Origin: an uncultured Clostridia bacterium
GTDB lineage: Bacteria; Bacillota; Clostridia; Oscillospirales; Acutalibacteraceae
DNA: 64,000 bases
NCBI GenBank assembly: GCA_944384915.1
Contig: CALWVH010000135.1
Coordinates: forward strand, 1,483-65,482
Direction of reading: 5' to 3'
Below are positions 10,152 to 19,656 of this stretch, piece after piece. Both the position numbers and the translations under genes were made by a program. Within the stretch, counting starts at the first letter, position 1, and the number at the start of each line of letters is the position of its first letter. Under the pieces are notes generated by a model. It ran no database searches. It saw nothing but the letters and a program-made list of their open reading frames with translations, and was not told the origin of the DNA.

Positions 10152-10261
10152 GGAAATAGATGGGAAAATGGGGTATCCTATAGACACGGAAGACGAAATG
10201 CTTCCCAACAATACAAAGAAATCGATCAAACCACTGTAAAAGTTTGAAAGGAGTTTTGAAT

Positions 10262-10588
10262 ATGTCCGCTACCCCTGTTTCTCAGAATACATTTAAAGCT
10301 GAAGTCCTGGATTCCAAGCAGCCTGTACTGGTAGACTTCTGGGCTCCTTGGTGTGGCCCCTGTCGGATGCTCTCCCCTGTGATTGACCAGATCGCTGATG
10401 AGCATCCCGGTACTCTGAAAGTGGCAAAAGTCAATGTCGATGAAGAAAGTGCTCTGGCCAGCCAGTTCGGCGTGATGAGCATCCCCATGCTGGTGCTTAT
10501 CAAGGACGGCAAGGTGATCGACTCTTCTCTGGGCGCCAAACCCAAGGCCGCTGTGGAAAGCTGGCTCACTTCTCACATCTCCCTGTAA
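10262..10588 (+). CDS. trxA: thioredoxin
   Basis: The WCGPC active site is present. AAAGGAG precedes the ATG at 10262. Confidence 0.9.
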   Translation: MSATPVSQNTFKAEVLDSKQPVLVDFWAPWCGPCRMLSPVIDQIADEHPGTLKVAKVNVDEESALASQFGVMSIPMLVLIKDGKVIDSSLGAKPKAAVESWLTSHISL

Positions 10589-10595
10589 TGACCCG

Positions 10596-10630
10596 ATGCC
10601 GGGCCGGGTATGCCCGGCCTGGCATTTTTT
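10596..10630 (+). terminator. strong intrinsic terminator/attenuator between trxA and trxB
   Basis: A 13-bp GC-rich stem (atgccgggccggg / cccggcctggcat, one G-U pair) has a tetraloop and is followed by TTTTTT. It ends 5 nt before the trxB RBS. Confidence 0.7.
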
Positions 10631-10648
10631 GTTAAAGGAGGACCCCTG

Positions 10649-11575
10649 ATGGAAGCAAAACTCTATGATACTGTTATTATCGGCGGAGGCCCCGGAGGCT
10701 ATACTGCCGCTCTCTATACCGCCCGCGCCGGCCTGTCTACACTGGTAATTGAAAAACTCTCTCCCGGCGGACAAATGGCTACCACCGATCAGGTGGACAA
10801 TTATCCTGGCTTCCCCGAAGGGGTAAACGGCTTTGAGCTGGCTATGAAAATGCAGGAGAGCGCCCAGCGCTTTGGTGCAGAGACCCATTATGGGGAAGCA
10901 GTGAAGCTGGAACTTACTTCTTCCCCCAAGCATATCATCACCGACAGCGGGGAGTTTCTGGCAAAAACTGTGATTCTCTCTACAGGCGCTTCTCCTCGGG
11001 AGCTGGGCCTTGCCGGTGAACAAGAATTACGTGGCAAGGGCGTTTCCTACTGTGCTACCTGTGATGGGATGTTCTATAAGGACAAAACTGTAGCCATTGT
11101 AGGCGGTGGCAACACGGCTGCTGCGGATGCCCTGTATCTTTCCAAGATCTGCAAAAAGGTATATCTGATCCATCGGCGGGATACCTTAAGAGCCAGCAGG
11201 GTATATCTGCAACCTTTAAAGAGCCGAGAGAACATCGAATTTGTGTGGGATTCAGAAGTAACCGCTCTGCACCATGAAGAAAAGCTCACTGGTGTGACAG
11301 TACGCAACAAGAAAACCGGAGAGGAGCAGTCGCTTTCCTGTGACGGCCTGTTTGTGGCTGTGGGCAATGTGCCAAACTCCGGCCTATTTGCCGGGCAGGT
11401 GAACCTCACCGAAAGCGGCTATGTGGACGCTGACGAGACCACCTGCACCAACCTCCCTGGCGTGTTCGCCATTGGCGATGTGCGCAACAAGCCCCTGCGG
11501 CAGATCATCACCGCCGCCGCTGACGGGGCTGTGGCCTCCCAGTTTGCCGAAGAATATGTGTCTCTGAACCAATAA
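10649..11575 (+). CDS. trxB: thioredoxin-disulfide reductase
   Basis: It has the GGGPGG FAD motif and the CATCDG redox-active disulfide. AAAGGAGG precedes the ATG at 10649; the ORF-track ATG at 10610 lies inside the terminator hairpin. Confidence 0.9.
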   Translation: MEAKLYDTVIIGGGPGGYTAALYTARAGLSTLVIEKLSPGGQMATTDQVDNYPGFPEGVNGFELAMKMQESAQRFGAETHYGEAVKLELTSSPKHIITDSGEFLAKTVILSTGASPRELGLAGEQELRGKGVSYCATCDGMFYKDKTVAIVGGGNTAAADALYLSKICKKVYLIHRRDTLRASRVYLQPLKSRENIEFVWDSEVTALHHEEKLTGVTVRNKKTGEEQSLSCDGLFVAVGNVPNSGLFAGQVNLTESGYVDADETTCTNLPGVFAIGDVRNKPLRQIITAAADGAVASQFAEEYVSLNQ

Positions 11576-11668
11576 TTCTTTACAAGAATTTTACTATTCT
11601 TTTTTCCCGTCAGGAATTCTTCCAATTTGCTCCAGGTGCTATACTGGACGAAAAAAGGGAGGGTTCCT

Positions 11669-11974
11669 ATGAAATATCTAACAAAAGATACCCGAAAAAA
11701 ATTAATCAGCTACTGTTTGCGCCTCCTGCCGTCGCTGGGATGTATGGTTACCAGCATTCTGATGATTGTATGGGCTTCAAATTCCAGTTATGGCCTGATA
11801 AATCTTTATTTTACAAATTTCTGTATGGATATTGCGATGGTGCTTTTGCTTCCTCACTGGGACGAACCTCTTCGCAAAGGAATTAAAATCGCTGCAGCAG
11901 TTCTGATTATTGTAGCTGCCTTGTTATTTCTCATTGATTTACTGGTATACTATAAAACATTCTCCGGCCTTTGA
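11669..11974 (+). CDS. hypothetical small membrane protein (3 predicted TM segments)
   Basis: GGGAGGG lies upstream of the ATG at 11669. The sequence is hydrophobic and the gene is AT-rich. No family was recognised. Confidence 0.5.
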   Translation: MKYLTKDTRKKLISYCLRLLPSLGCMVTSILMIVWASNSSYGLINLYFTNFCMDIAMVLLLPHWDEPLRKGIKIAAAVLIIVAALLFLIDLLVYYKTFSGL

Positions 11975-12004
11975 TGTGCTGGAAAACGGAAAGGATGAAC
12001 TTTC

Positions 12005-12964
12005 ATGATTACTGCAACCGATAACCGCAAAGTCGTACTCATTGGCACCGGCATGGTGGGCATGAGCTACGCCTATGCCCTTTTGAACCAGAATGCCTGT
12101 GACGAGCTGGTGCTCATTGACCTAGATAAAGAACGCGCCCGGGGCGAAGCTATGGATCTAAACCACGGTCTGGCTTTCTCCGCTTCCCATATGAAAATCC
12201 GCGCCGGAGACTATTCCGACTGCGCCAACGCCGATATCGTGGTCATTTGCGCCGGTGTGGCCCAGAAACCCGGCGAGTCCCGTCTGGATCTGCTGAACCG
12301 GAACACCGAGGTGTTCCGCTCCATTATCGGGCCGGTGACGGAATCTGGCTTTAACGGAATCTTTCTGGTAGCCACCAACCCAGTGGATATTATGACCCGC
12401 ATCACCTGCGCCCTCTCCGGCTTCAATCCCCGCCGTGTCATCGGCACCGGCACCGCGCTGGACACCGCCCGCCTGCGCTATCTGCTGGGAGAATACTTCT
12501 CCGTTGACCCCCGCAATATGCACGCCTATGTCATTGGTGAGCACGGTGACAGCGAGTTCGTGCCGTGGTCCTAGGCTATGCTGGCTACCCGCCCCATTTT
12601 GGAAATCTGCGAGGCTTCCGGGGGCAACTGCTGCCAGGAGGATCTGGACAAGATCAGTGAGGAAGTGCGTACTGCCGCGCAGCAGATCATCAAGGCCAAG
12701 CGCGCCACCTACTATGGCATTGGCATGGCTATGGTGCGCATCACCAAGGCCATCTTCGGCAACGAAAGCAGCGTGCTCACCGTTTCCACCATGCTCCGTG
12801 GTGAATACGGCCAGCATGGGGTGTTCGCTGGTGTTCCCTGCATTGTGGGACGTAACGGCGTGCGCCGGGTGCTGCCCCTCAACCTCTCCCCCGAAGAGAG
12901 TGAGAAATTTAACCGTTCCTGCGAAACGCTGGAAAACAGCTATCGGGAATTGAACCTAATTTAA
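12005..12964 (+). pseudogene. ldh: L-lactate dehydrogenase interrupted by one in-frame TAG (12572-12574)
   Basis: Two same-frame ORFs (12005-12574 and 12578-12964) together give a full-length LDH, with GTGMVG NAD motif and catalytic GEHGDSEF. The junction reads VPWS*AMLATRP, at a place where homologues read through. Confidence 0.8.
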
Positions 12965-12980
12965 TTCATAGTACAAAATC

Positions 12981-13016
12981 AGCCGGGAAACCCGCAGGGC
13001 CTCCCGGCTTTTGTTT
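12981..13016. terminator. bidirectional terminator between ldh and the ABC exporter
   Basis: The stem agccggga / tcccggct has T-runs on both strands. Confidence 0.65.
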
Positions 13017-14863
13017 TATCGAGAAACGGCATCCGCCATCTCGAATATTTCTTCACTGGCTTCCTGTTCAAACTGTTTGGTATACAGATCGTGATAATAT
13101 CCTCCGGCCGCCAATAGTTCTTCATGGCTGCCTTGCTCCACGATCTTGCCGTGACGCACCACCAGAATCAAATCTGCCTTACGGATGGTAGACAACCGGT
13201 GAGCGATAAGGAAGGAGGTACGGTTTTCCAGCAACGTGGAAATGGCGTGCTGAATCAGCTCCTCCGTCTTGGTGTCGATGGAAGAAGTGGCCTCATCCAG
13301 CACAAAAATGCGAGGATCGGCCAATACAGCCCGAGCAAAGGACACCAGCTGCTTTTCGCCGGTGGAAAGATGGTCTCCTCCTTCACCTACATCGCTTTCA
13401 TAGCCGTTTTCCATGTGCATAATGGCGTCGTGGGCGCTCACCAGCTTGGCTGCGGCTTCGATCTCTTCATCGGTGGCGTCCAAACGGCCATACCGCAAAT
13501 TTTCCCGCACACTGCCTGAAAACAGGTGGGGCGTTTGCAGCACATAGCCGATGCTGCTGTGTAGCCACAGCATACTCCGCTTCCGATAGTCCTTCCCGTC
13601 TATAAGGATTCGTCCTCCGGTAGGCTCAAAGAACCGGCAAGCCAGGTTCACCAGCGTGGATTTTCCCGCGCCGGTCTCGCCCACAATAGCCACGGTGGTC
13701 CCTGCCGGAATATGCAGGTTAAAGTGGCTCAACACATCCTCGTTTCCGTCAGGATAGCGGAAGGATACATCCTCAAAGGTAATGTCGCCTTTAATGGGCT
13801 CCCAGTTTTCCCTTTTGGGTTCAAAGCTGGTGCCATATTTGGCAATCACCTCGGGGGTATCTTTGATCTTAGGCTCCAGCTCCAGCAGGTCCATGACCCG
13901 CTCGATATTAGCCTGAATCGAGATAAAATTAGCGATAATTCGGGCCAACTGCTGGATAGGTTCAAAGATGTTGAGGGCATAATTGATAAATACCGAAAGG
14001 GTACCGATCTTCATAGCGCCTTCCAAATTCAGATAACCGCCCTGCACCAGCACAAAGCACACTGCCAGCGAGCTAAAAAACACGATAATGGGGATGTACA
14101 GCGCATTGAGCATAGTCGCCCGCACTGTAGTAGCCCGCATATTCTCGCTGACCTCAGAGAATTCCCGCAGGTTCTGCTCCTCGATCACCAGCGTTTTGCT
14201 GGTCTTCGCCCCGGTGATGCCTTCATTATAGGCTCGGGTGATGTCGGCGTTGATACGCCGCACCTGCCGGTTTACCCGCAGAATCTTCTTTTGGAAAAAC
14301 GCAGTGATAACAGCGATCACTGGTACAATGGCGATGACCAACAGAGCCAGCTGCCAATCAATCACCAACATAGTGACCATACTGCCGATAACGTAAAAGG
14401 AGGACCAGAAAATGTCCACCAGGCTCCAGGCAAACATACCGCCGATCTTGTTGGTATCACTCATGGTACGGGCCACAATGGTGCCCACCGGCGTGACATT
14501 GTAGTAGGAAAAGCTCAGGGTCTGCAAGTGGTTGAATACCGAGCGCTTTAAGTCGCGGCCCAGATACATTTCTACCGTAAGGGCGCAGCGGCAAAACACT
14601 AGGGTACTTACCGCCTGGAGAGTCAACACTACAAAATACAGGATGGCAAAGGGCCAGATGCCCTCCACCGTTTGGGGAATAATAAAGGTATCGATGGCGT
14701 ACCCCTGAAACAGCGGGTAGGAGATGTCCACCGCTGCGCTGAACAGCATTAGAAATACAATAAACAGGATGCGCCACCGGTAAGGCTTGAGGAATGGGAG
14801 CATCTTGGCCCAGATCTTGAGGGAAAAGGGCTTGCGCTCCGGGTCATAATTTTTCCGGCTCAT
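13016..14863 (-). CDS. ABC transporter ATP-binding/permease protein (type I exporter half-transporter)
   Basis: A six-TM domain is followed by Walker A (GETGAGKST), the LSTGEKQ signature and Walker B (FVLDEATS). It overlaps the upstream partner by 4 nt. Confidence 0.9.
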   Translation of the reverse strand: MSRKNYDPERKPFSLKIWAKMLPFLKPYRWRILFIVFLMLFSAAVDISYPLFQGYAIDTFIIPQTVEGIWPFAILYFVVLTLQAVSTLVFCRCALTVEMYLGRDLKRSVFNHLQTLSFSYYNVTPVGTIVARTMSDTNKIGGMFAWSLVDIFWSSFYVIGSMVTMLVIDWQLALLVIAIVPVIAVITAFFQKKILRVNRQVRRINADITRAYNEGITGAKTSKTLVIEEQNLREFSEVSENMRATTVRATMLNALYIPIIVFFSSLAVCFVLVQGGYLNLEGAMKIGTLSVFINYALNIFEPIQQLARIIANFISIQANIERVMDLLELEPKIKDTPEVIAKYGTSFEPKRENWEPIKGDITFEDVSFRYPDGNEDVLSHFNLHIPAGTTVAIVGETGAGKSTLVNLACRFFEPTGGRILIDGKDYRKRSMLWLHSSIGYVLQTPHLFSGSVRENLRYGRLDATDEEIEAAAKLVSAHDAIMHMENGYESDVGEGGDHLSTGEKQLVSFARAVLADPRIFVLDEATSSIDTKTEELIQHAISTLLENRTSFLIAHRLSTIRKADLILVVRHGKIVEQGSHEELLAAGGYYHDLYTKQFEQEASEEIFEMADAVSR

Positions 14864-16692
14864 CGGGAGGCCTCCTTTCTGTCCGCCTCGCTCAGGCCCT
14901 GGGCTTCATAAATTCGACGATAGATACCGTCCTGCTGAATAAGCTCTTCATGGGTCCCCAGCTGCACCACCCTGCCTTTTTCCATGACCGCAATGCAGTC
15001 GGCGTTCATCAGGGTGGTGATGCGGTGAGCGATGAGGATAGTGGTCCCCGTCACCTGATGGTTGATGGCGTCCCGGATCTTGGCGTCAGTCTCCATATCC
15101 ACCGCCGACAGGGAATCATCAAAAATTTTAATGGGGGTATTCTGCATCAGCATCCGGGCAATGGCCACCCGCTGCTTTTGTCCGCCGGAAATGGTCACGC
15201 CCCGCTCACCGATCATGGTATCATACCCCTCTGCAAAACTGAGGATGGTGTCGTCAATCGCCGCCAGACGGGCGGAACGGCGCACCTCTTCCAGCTCCCG
15301 GGTAGCGGCTCCGTCGGAGATGGTTTCCCGGATGGTTTTGGAGAACAGGAACGGCTCTTGCAATACAATGCCAATGTGTCCCCGCAGCCAGTCCAGAGAG
15401 ATATCTTTGATATCCACTCCGCCAATCGTGATGCAGCCGCTGTTTTCGGGCAGCTCATACAGCCTGTCCAACAGATACATAAGGGTGGATTTGCCGCTTC
15501 CCGTAGAGCCCAGAATACCAAAAGTGGTCCCGGCGGGAATGGTTAGGTTGATGTTCTGTAATACTTCCTTGGTCTCGTTGTAACGGAACGAGACGTTGTG
15601 AAAGACGATGTCCCCATCCATAGGGGGCGTTTGGGCATTGTCCGCGTCCTTTTCCGGCTCTGCTTCCAAAATTTCCAGCAAACGGCCTATGGAGATTCGG
15701 GTCTTGCTCAACTCGCTGAGGATACGTCCAAAGTTTCGTACCGGCCAAACCAGCATTCCATTGTAGGCCACAAAGGCAAGGAATTCCCCATCGGTGAGTT
15801 GGCCCGCGGCTGCCTGAAAACAGCCTGCCACTACAATAACCATCACTTGTAAGGCGGAGAAGAAATCTCCCATACCCCAATACAGGCCCATGATATGACC
15901 CAGACGTACCCACATATTGGCAAACTCGTTGTTTTTCTTTTCAAACCGGTCGATCTCATAGCGCTCCCGACCAAAGGCCCTTACCACTCGCACACCGGTA
16001 AAGTTTTCTTGAGCAATAGCGGTAAGTTGGCCTTCTGTTTCATCAGCTTCCTGAAAACGGCGGCCGATCTTATTGAAGAAGAGGCAGGAGTACAGGATCA
16101 CCACCGGAATAAAACCCAGAGCGATGAGGGAGAGAGGGACATTCATGGAGAACATGATGGTTAAGGACGTGATAATTAAGAAAATGGTGCGCACCATTTC
16201 CAAAAGCTGGTCGATGAGAAAATTGCGCACGGTATCCACATCGCTGGTACAGCGCTGGATAATATCACCGGTTTGGTGAGAACTGTGCCACTGGTAAGGC
16301 AGCTTCTGGATATGGCCAAACAGCCGGTCACGCAGACGAACAACAACCCCTTCGCAGGCCTTGGCTGTGCCCATACGGGAAAGGAAATTAAACAGCCCAG
16401 ACAATACAGAAAACAAAAGGGCGAACGCCGCGCAGATCAGCAAGTTTTGCCGCAGCGCTTCGCGTCCGCCCAGAGACTCCACCCAAGATAACAATACCCC
16501 CGGTAACGAAAAGGGTTTGTCGTCCAGAACAGAATCCACTGTAATGCGGATTACCTGCGGCGTAAGATAATTGGTGATGACAGCAAGGATGACAGAAACA
16601 AAGGCCATGAGGAAAAACCCACGGCTTCCGCGGGTAAACTCCCACAGGCGCACAGCTCTGCTCCTGCTGGCAGGATTACCTGAAGTCTTCAT
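14860..16692 (-). CDS. ABC transporter ATP-binding/permease protein (heterodimer partner)
   Basis: It has a TMD plus an NBD (GSTGSGKST, ISGGQKQR, FDDSLSAVD). GAGGTG lies 5 nt upstream of the ATG at 16692; the ORF-track start is 16707. Confidence 0.9.
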   Translation of the reverse strand: MKTSGNPASRSRAVRLWEFTRGSRGFFLMAFVSVILAVITNYLTPQVIRITVDSVLDDKPFSLPGVLLSWVESLGGREALRQNLLICAAFALLFSVLSGLFNFLSRMGTAKACEGVVVRLRDRLFGHIQKLPYQWHSSHQTGDIIQRCTSDVDTVRNFLIDQLLEMVRTIFLIITSLTIMFSMNVPLSLIALGFIPVVILYSCLFFNKIGRRFQEADETEGQLTAIAQENFTGVRVVRAFGRERYEIDRFEKKNNEFANMWVRLGHIMGLYWGMGDFFSALQVMVIVVAGCFQAAAGQLTDGEFLAFVAYNGMLVWPVRNFGRILSELSKTRISIGRLLEILEAEPEKDADNAQTPPMDGDIVFHNVSFRYNETKEVLQNINLTIPAGTTFGILGSTGSGKSTLMYLLDRLYELPENSGCITIGGVDIKDISLDWLRGHIGIVLQEPFLFSKTIRETISDGAATRELEEVRRSARLAAIDDTILSFAEGYDTMIGERGVTISGGQKQRVAIARMLMQNTPIKIFDDSLSAVDMETDAKIRDAINHQVTGTTILIAHRITTLMNADCIAVMEKGRVVQLGTHEELIQQDGIYRRIYEAQGLSEADRKEASR

Positions 16693-16984
16693 ACTAACAC
16701 CTCGCATCCCGGCACACTGCCCTCTTGGCAGCGGCCAATTTTTCGCGCCGGTTGGGGCGGCGCTCCGGTATAAAAAGCACGGCCTTTTTACACCAATGTG
16801 ATTAGCATATCATAAACAGAAAATAAAGTAAATAGCACAAAGCTATCGTTAGGTAACGAAAAGTTTCAGGGGGGTTTTATAGAAAATGCTGGTGAGGTAC
16901 GGGGAATGGGTTGCTTTTCCTCTATTTTGGTAGTATCCTATTGACGTGCCCTTCAAATCTATCCCCTATGGGGGCGGAGGGCAT

Positions 16985-17025
16985 GGTCAGTCGCAAACTC
17001 CTGACCTTAAAGAATACTACGGAGG
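16985..17025 (+). promoter_or_regulatory. preQ1-I riboswitch candidate
   Basis: The RNA reads GGUCAG-UCGCAAACUC-CUGACC-UUAAAGAAUACUACGGAGG. This gives a P1 stem, a UCGCA-containing loop of the same length as in the Thermoanaerobacter preQ1-I aptamer as I recall it, and an A-rich tail running into the SD. It sits directly upstream of queT, the classic regulated gene. Confidence 0.65.
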
Positions 17026-17033
17026 AATCGAAT

Positions 17034-17579
17034 ATGAATCAAAACCTTCCCCGGCAGGGAAGCGCTCACGTGCGCTTTCTTGTGGAGGCAGCCGTTATTG
17101 CTGCCCTGTACACTGTACTCACCTATGTTGCTGTTGCCATGAACCTGGCTTATGGCCCTGTGCAGTTTCGGTTTTCCGAAGCTCTGACCATTCTGCCGGT
17201 GTTTACTCCAGCAGCGATCCCTGGCCTTGCGTTGGGATGTTTCCTTTCCAACCTAGCAAGCCCTCTGGGAGTGGTAGACTGGGTGTTCGGTACATTAGCC
17301 ACTCTGCTGGCCGCTATCCTCAGCTATGCGCTGCGGAAAGTCCAGATCAAGGGATTGCCCGTGCTGTCCTCACTGCCCCCGGTGCTTACTAACACCTTTA
17401 TTGTGGGATTTGAGCTGGCCTGTCTTTCCGACATCGGACTTTTTTCCTTCCAGAACTTCTCCATGGCCAACTATGTGGTCAGTGCGGTTTCGGTAGGCGT
17501 GGGCGAGCTCGTGGTATGTGTAGTGCTGGGCCTTCCGGTATGCGCTCTGCTGAAAAAAGCAGGCTTCCGGATCTCATAA
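17034..17579 (+). CDS. queT: queuosine precursor transporter (ECF S-component-like QueT)
   Basis: The sequence GPVQFRFSEALTILPVFTPAAIPGLALGCFLSNL matches the QueT family as I recall it. The start at 17034 follows the SD sequestered by the riboswitch tail. Confidence 0.8.
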   Translation: MNQNLPRQGSAHVRFLVEAAVIAALYTVLTYVAVAMNLAYGPVQFRFSEALTILPVFTPAAIPGLALGCFLSNLASPLGVVDWVFGTLATLLAAILSYALRKVQIKGLPVLSSLPPVLTNTFIVGFELACLSDIGLFSFQNFSMANYVVSAVSVGVGELVVCVVLGLPVCALLKKAGFRIS

Positions 17580-17643
17580 GTTCCTGCTGTTATGAGAAGG
17601 CTGAAAAGAGAGATTATGAATAAAGAATGAGAGGAATCAAATC

Positions 17644-19029
17644 ATGAATCTCAGTATTGGAGAACGGTTGGCCAACCGGATCAAGGTGACCCCGCCTGTC
17701 CGGCTCATTGTCGTTAGCTTTCTAATCGTGATCGCATTAGGCACTGTCCTTTTATGCCTTCCCTTTTCCTCGCGAAACCTCACCTTTACCCATCCCCTTG
17801 ATGCATTGTTTATCGCTACCTCTGCCACCTGTGTGACCGGGCTTACGCCTTTTGACACTTGGACCCATTGGAATCCCTTTGGCCAAGTGGTTATTTTGTG
17901 CCTCATCCAGGTAGGAGGATTGGGGGTGGCTTCTATTACCAGCGGTGTTTCGGTACTGCTTCGGAAAAAGCTGGGACTCCGGGAACTGTGGCTGGCCAGC
18001 GAAAATGCCAACGGCGGCTCTCTGGATGTAAAACGCCTTTTGGGAATCATCCTTCGCTTTACTCTTGTATGTGAAGGAGTGGGAGCGGCCCTTTTGATGA
18101 TTCGCCTGATCCCGGAATATGGTGCTTACGGTATCTGGGCTTCTGTGTTTACTTCTATCTCTGCATTTTGCAATGCGGGGTTCGATATTTTCGGGTTAAA
18201 AACCCCTAATATGAGTCTGGTGGCTTATGTAGGGGACCCATTGCTTTGTCTGACTATCTCTGCCCTCATTATTGTGGGCGGTATTGGGTTTGTGGTAGTC
18301 AGCGATGTATATTACAATCAACTCAAGCCCCGGGTACTGCGCCAACAGACCCGAAAGCTCTCCTTTCACTCCCAGATCTGCCTAGTATTTACCGGCGTAC
18401 TTCTATTGCTGGGAACCGTTGTACTGTTTTTCAGCGAATACAACAGTACTATGAAGGATATGCACTTTCTTACCCGGCTCAATGCCTCGTTTTTCCAGTC
18501 CGTCAGCGCACGCACCGCAGGCTTTGCCTCTGTCGACATTGCCTCAGAGCATGATTTTTCCAAGATCATCACCATTATTCTCATGTTTATCGGCGCCTGC
18601 CCCGGTTCTACTGGCGGCGGTATTAAGGTCACTACATTGGTAGTACTGGCCTGCACGGTGTTCAGCGTTTTCCGTGGATATGAAGATACGGTATGCCTAC
18701 ACCGGCGCATCAGCAAAGAAGTGGTCTACCGGGCACTGGCCATTATGCTGGCAGCTTTTGTGGCTGTTCTGGTAGTGACCGGAGTGATTTTGGCCTTTAA
18801 TGAACAGCTCAGTGGTGTGGATGCCCTTTTTGAAGCGGTCTCCGCTTTTGCTACCGTAGGGCTTTCTGCCAGCGTGACCCCTGTACTGGATTATGTGAGC
18901 AAAACCCTATTGAGTTTCCTCATGTTCCTAGGGCGGGTAGGACCGGTATCTCTGGCTTTGGCCATTAGTATCCGCAGCGGCAAGCGGAAAAGTGCCGTCC
19001 TTCCCGAAGGCCGTATCATCGTTGGATGA
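17644..19029 (+). CDS. TrkH/KtrB family potassium uptake protein
   Basis: The 461-aa polytopic protein has repeated selectivity-filter-like motifs (QVGGLG, STGGGIKV). Confidence 0.85.
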   Translation: MNLSIGERLANRIKVTPPVRLIVVSFLIVIALGTVLLCLPFSSRNLTFTHPLDALFIATSATCVTGLTPFDTWTHWNPFGQVVILCLIQVGGLGVASITSGVSVLLRKKLGLRELWLASENANGGSLDVKRLLGIILRFTLVCEGVGAALLMIRLIPEYGAYGIWASVFTSISAFCNAGFDIFGLKTPNMSLVAYVGDPLLCLTISALIIVGGIGFVVVSDVYYNQLKPRVLRQQTRKLSFHSQICLVFTGVLLLLGTVVLFFSEYNSTMKDMHFLTRLNASFFQSVSARTAGFASVDIASEHDFSKIITIILMFIGACPGSTGGGIKVTTLVVLACTVFSVFRGYEDTVCLHRRISKEVVYRALAIMLAAFVAVLVVTGVILAFNEQLSGVDALFEAVSAFATVGLSASVTPVLDYVSKTLLSFLMFLGRVGPVSLALAISIRSGKRKSAVLPEGRIIVG

Positions 19030-19050
19030 TTTAAAAACTGTCGTATGTAT

Positions 19051-19087
19051 GAAAAAACGCCTCTGTATCGGTTGATACAGAGGCGTT
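19051..19087. terminator. terminator between trkH-like and ACT genes (strong on minus strand)
   Basis: A 14-bp perfect stem (aacgcctctgtatc ggtt gatacagaggcgtt) has a T-run on the minus strand. Confidence 0.8.
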
Positions 19088-19101
19088 ACTATTTTACTGT
19101 T

Positions 19102-19527
19102 TTATCCGATATCTTCTTGGGTGAGAATGGTGACGCCGTTTTCTCCCAGAATTTGGATTCCCCGTTCCACTTCATCGGTGCGGATAATGATCGAAGCCTT
19201 GCCACTATCTTTGCTGACAAAGGCATACATATACTCCACACTAATATGATTATCGGCAAGAATCCGCATGGCCTTGGCAAACTCTCCCGGCTGGTCGCTG
19301 ATTCCCATCATAATCACGCTGGTAATAGAAACCGTCATTCCGGCGGCCTTCAACACCTCTTCGGCTTTTTGTGGATTATCTACGATCAACCGCAAAATTC
19401 CAAAATCCCGGGTGTCGGCAATGGTAAGAGCACGAATGTCTACCCCTGCTCCTGCAATAGCTTCGGTGATCTCTGCTAAACGGCCAGATTTATTTTCTAC
19501 AAAAACTGAAAGCTGCTGTACCTGCAT
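19102..19527 (-). CDS. ACT domain-containing protein (tandem ACT)
   Basis: MQVQQLSVFVENKSGRLAEITEAIAGAGVDIRAL is typical of stand-alone ACT proteins. AAGGAG lies upstream of the ATG at 19527. Confidence 0.75.
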   Translation of the reverse strand: MQVQQLSVFVENKSGRLAEITEAIAGAGVDIRALTIADTRDFGILRLIVDNPQKAEEVLKAAGMTVSITSVIMMGISDQPGEFAKAMRILADNHISVEYMYAFVSKDSGKASIIIRTDEVERGIQILGENGVTILTQEDIG

Positions 19528-19656
19528 ATGGCTCCTTCCCTTCTTGTCCAAAATCTTCAGCTGAGAGTTGCGATTATACTCTGCTGTGCTATACTTATTA
19601 TACAGGCATCTTCTTGGGGATGCAAGAAAAAAGCACAGGAAATGCGAGGAGCTGTT

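Noticed and set aside
17580-17643. I considered a c-di-AMP (ydaO/kimA-type) riboswitch upstream of the TrkH/KtrB K+ transporter.
   Set aside because: The intergenic gap is only 64 nt, far too short for that riboswitch, and it lacks the conserved ACGGGG/CCCGA elements.
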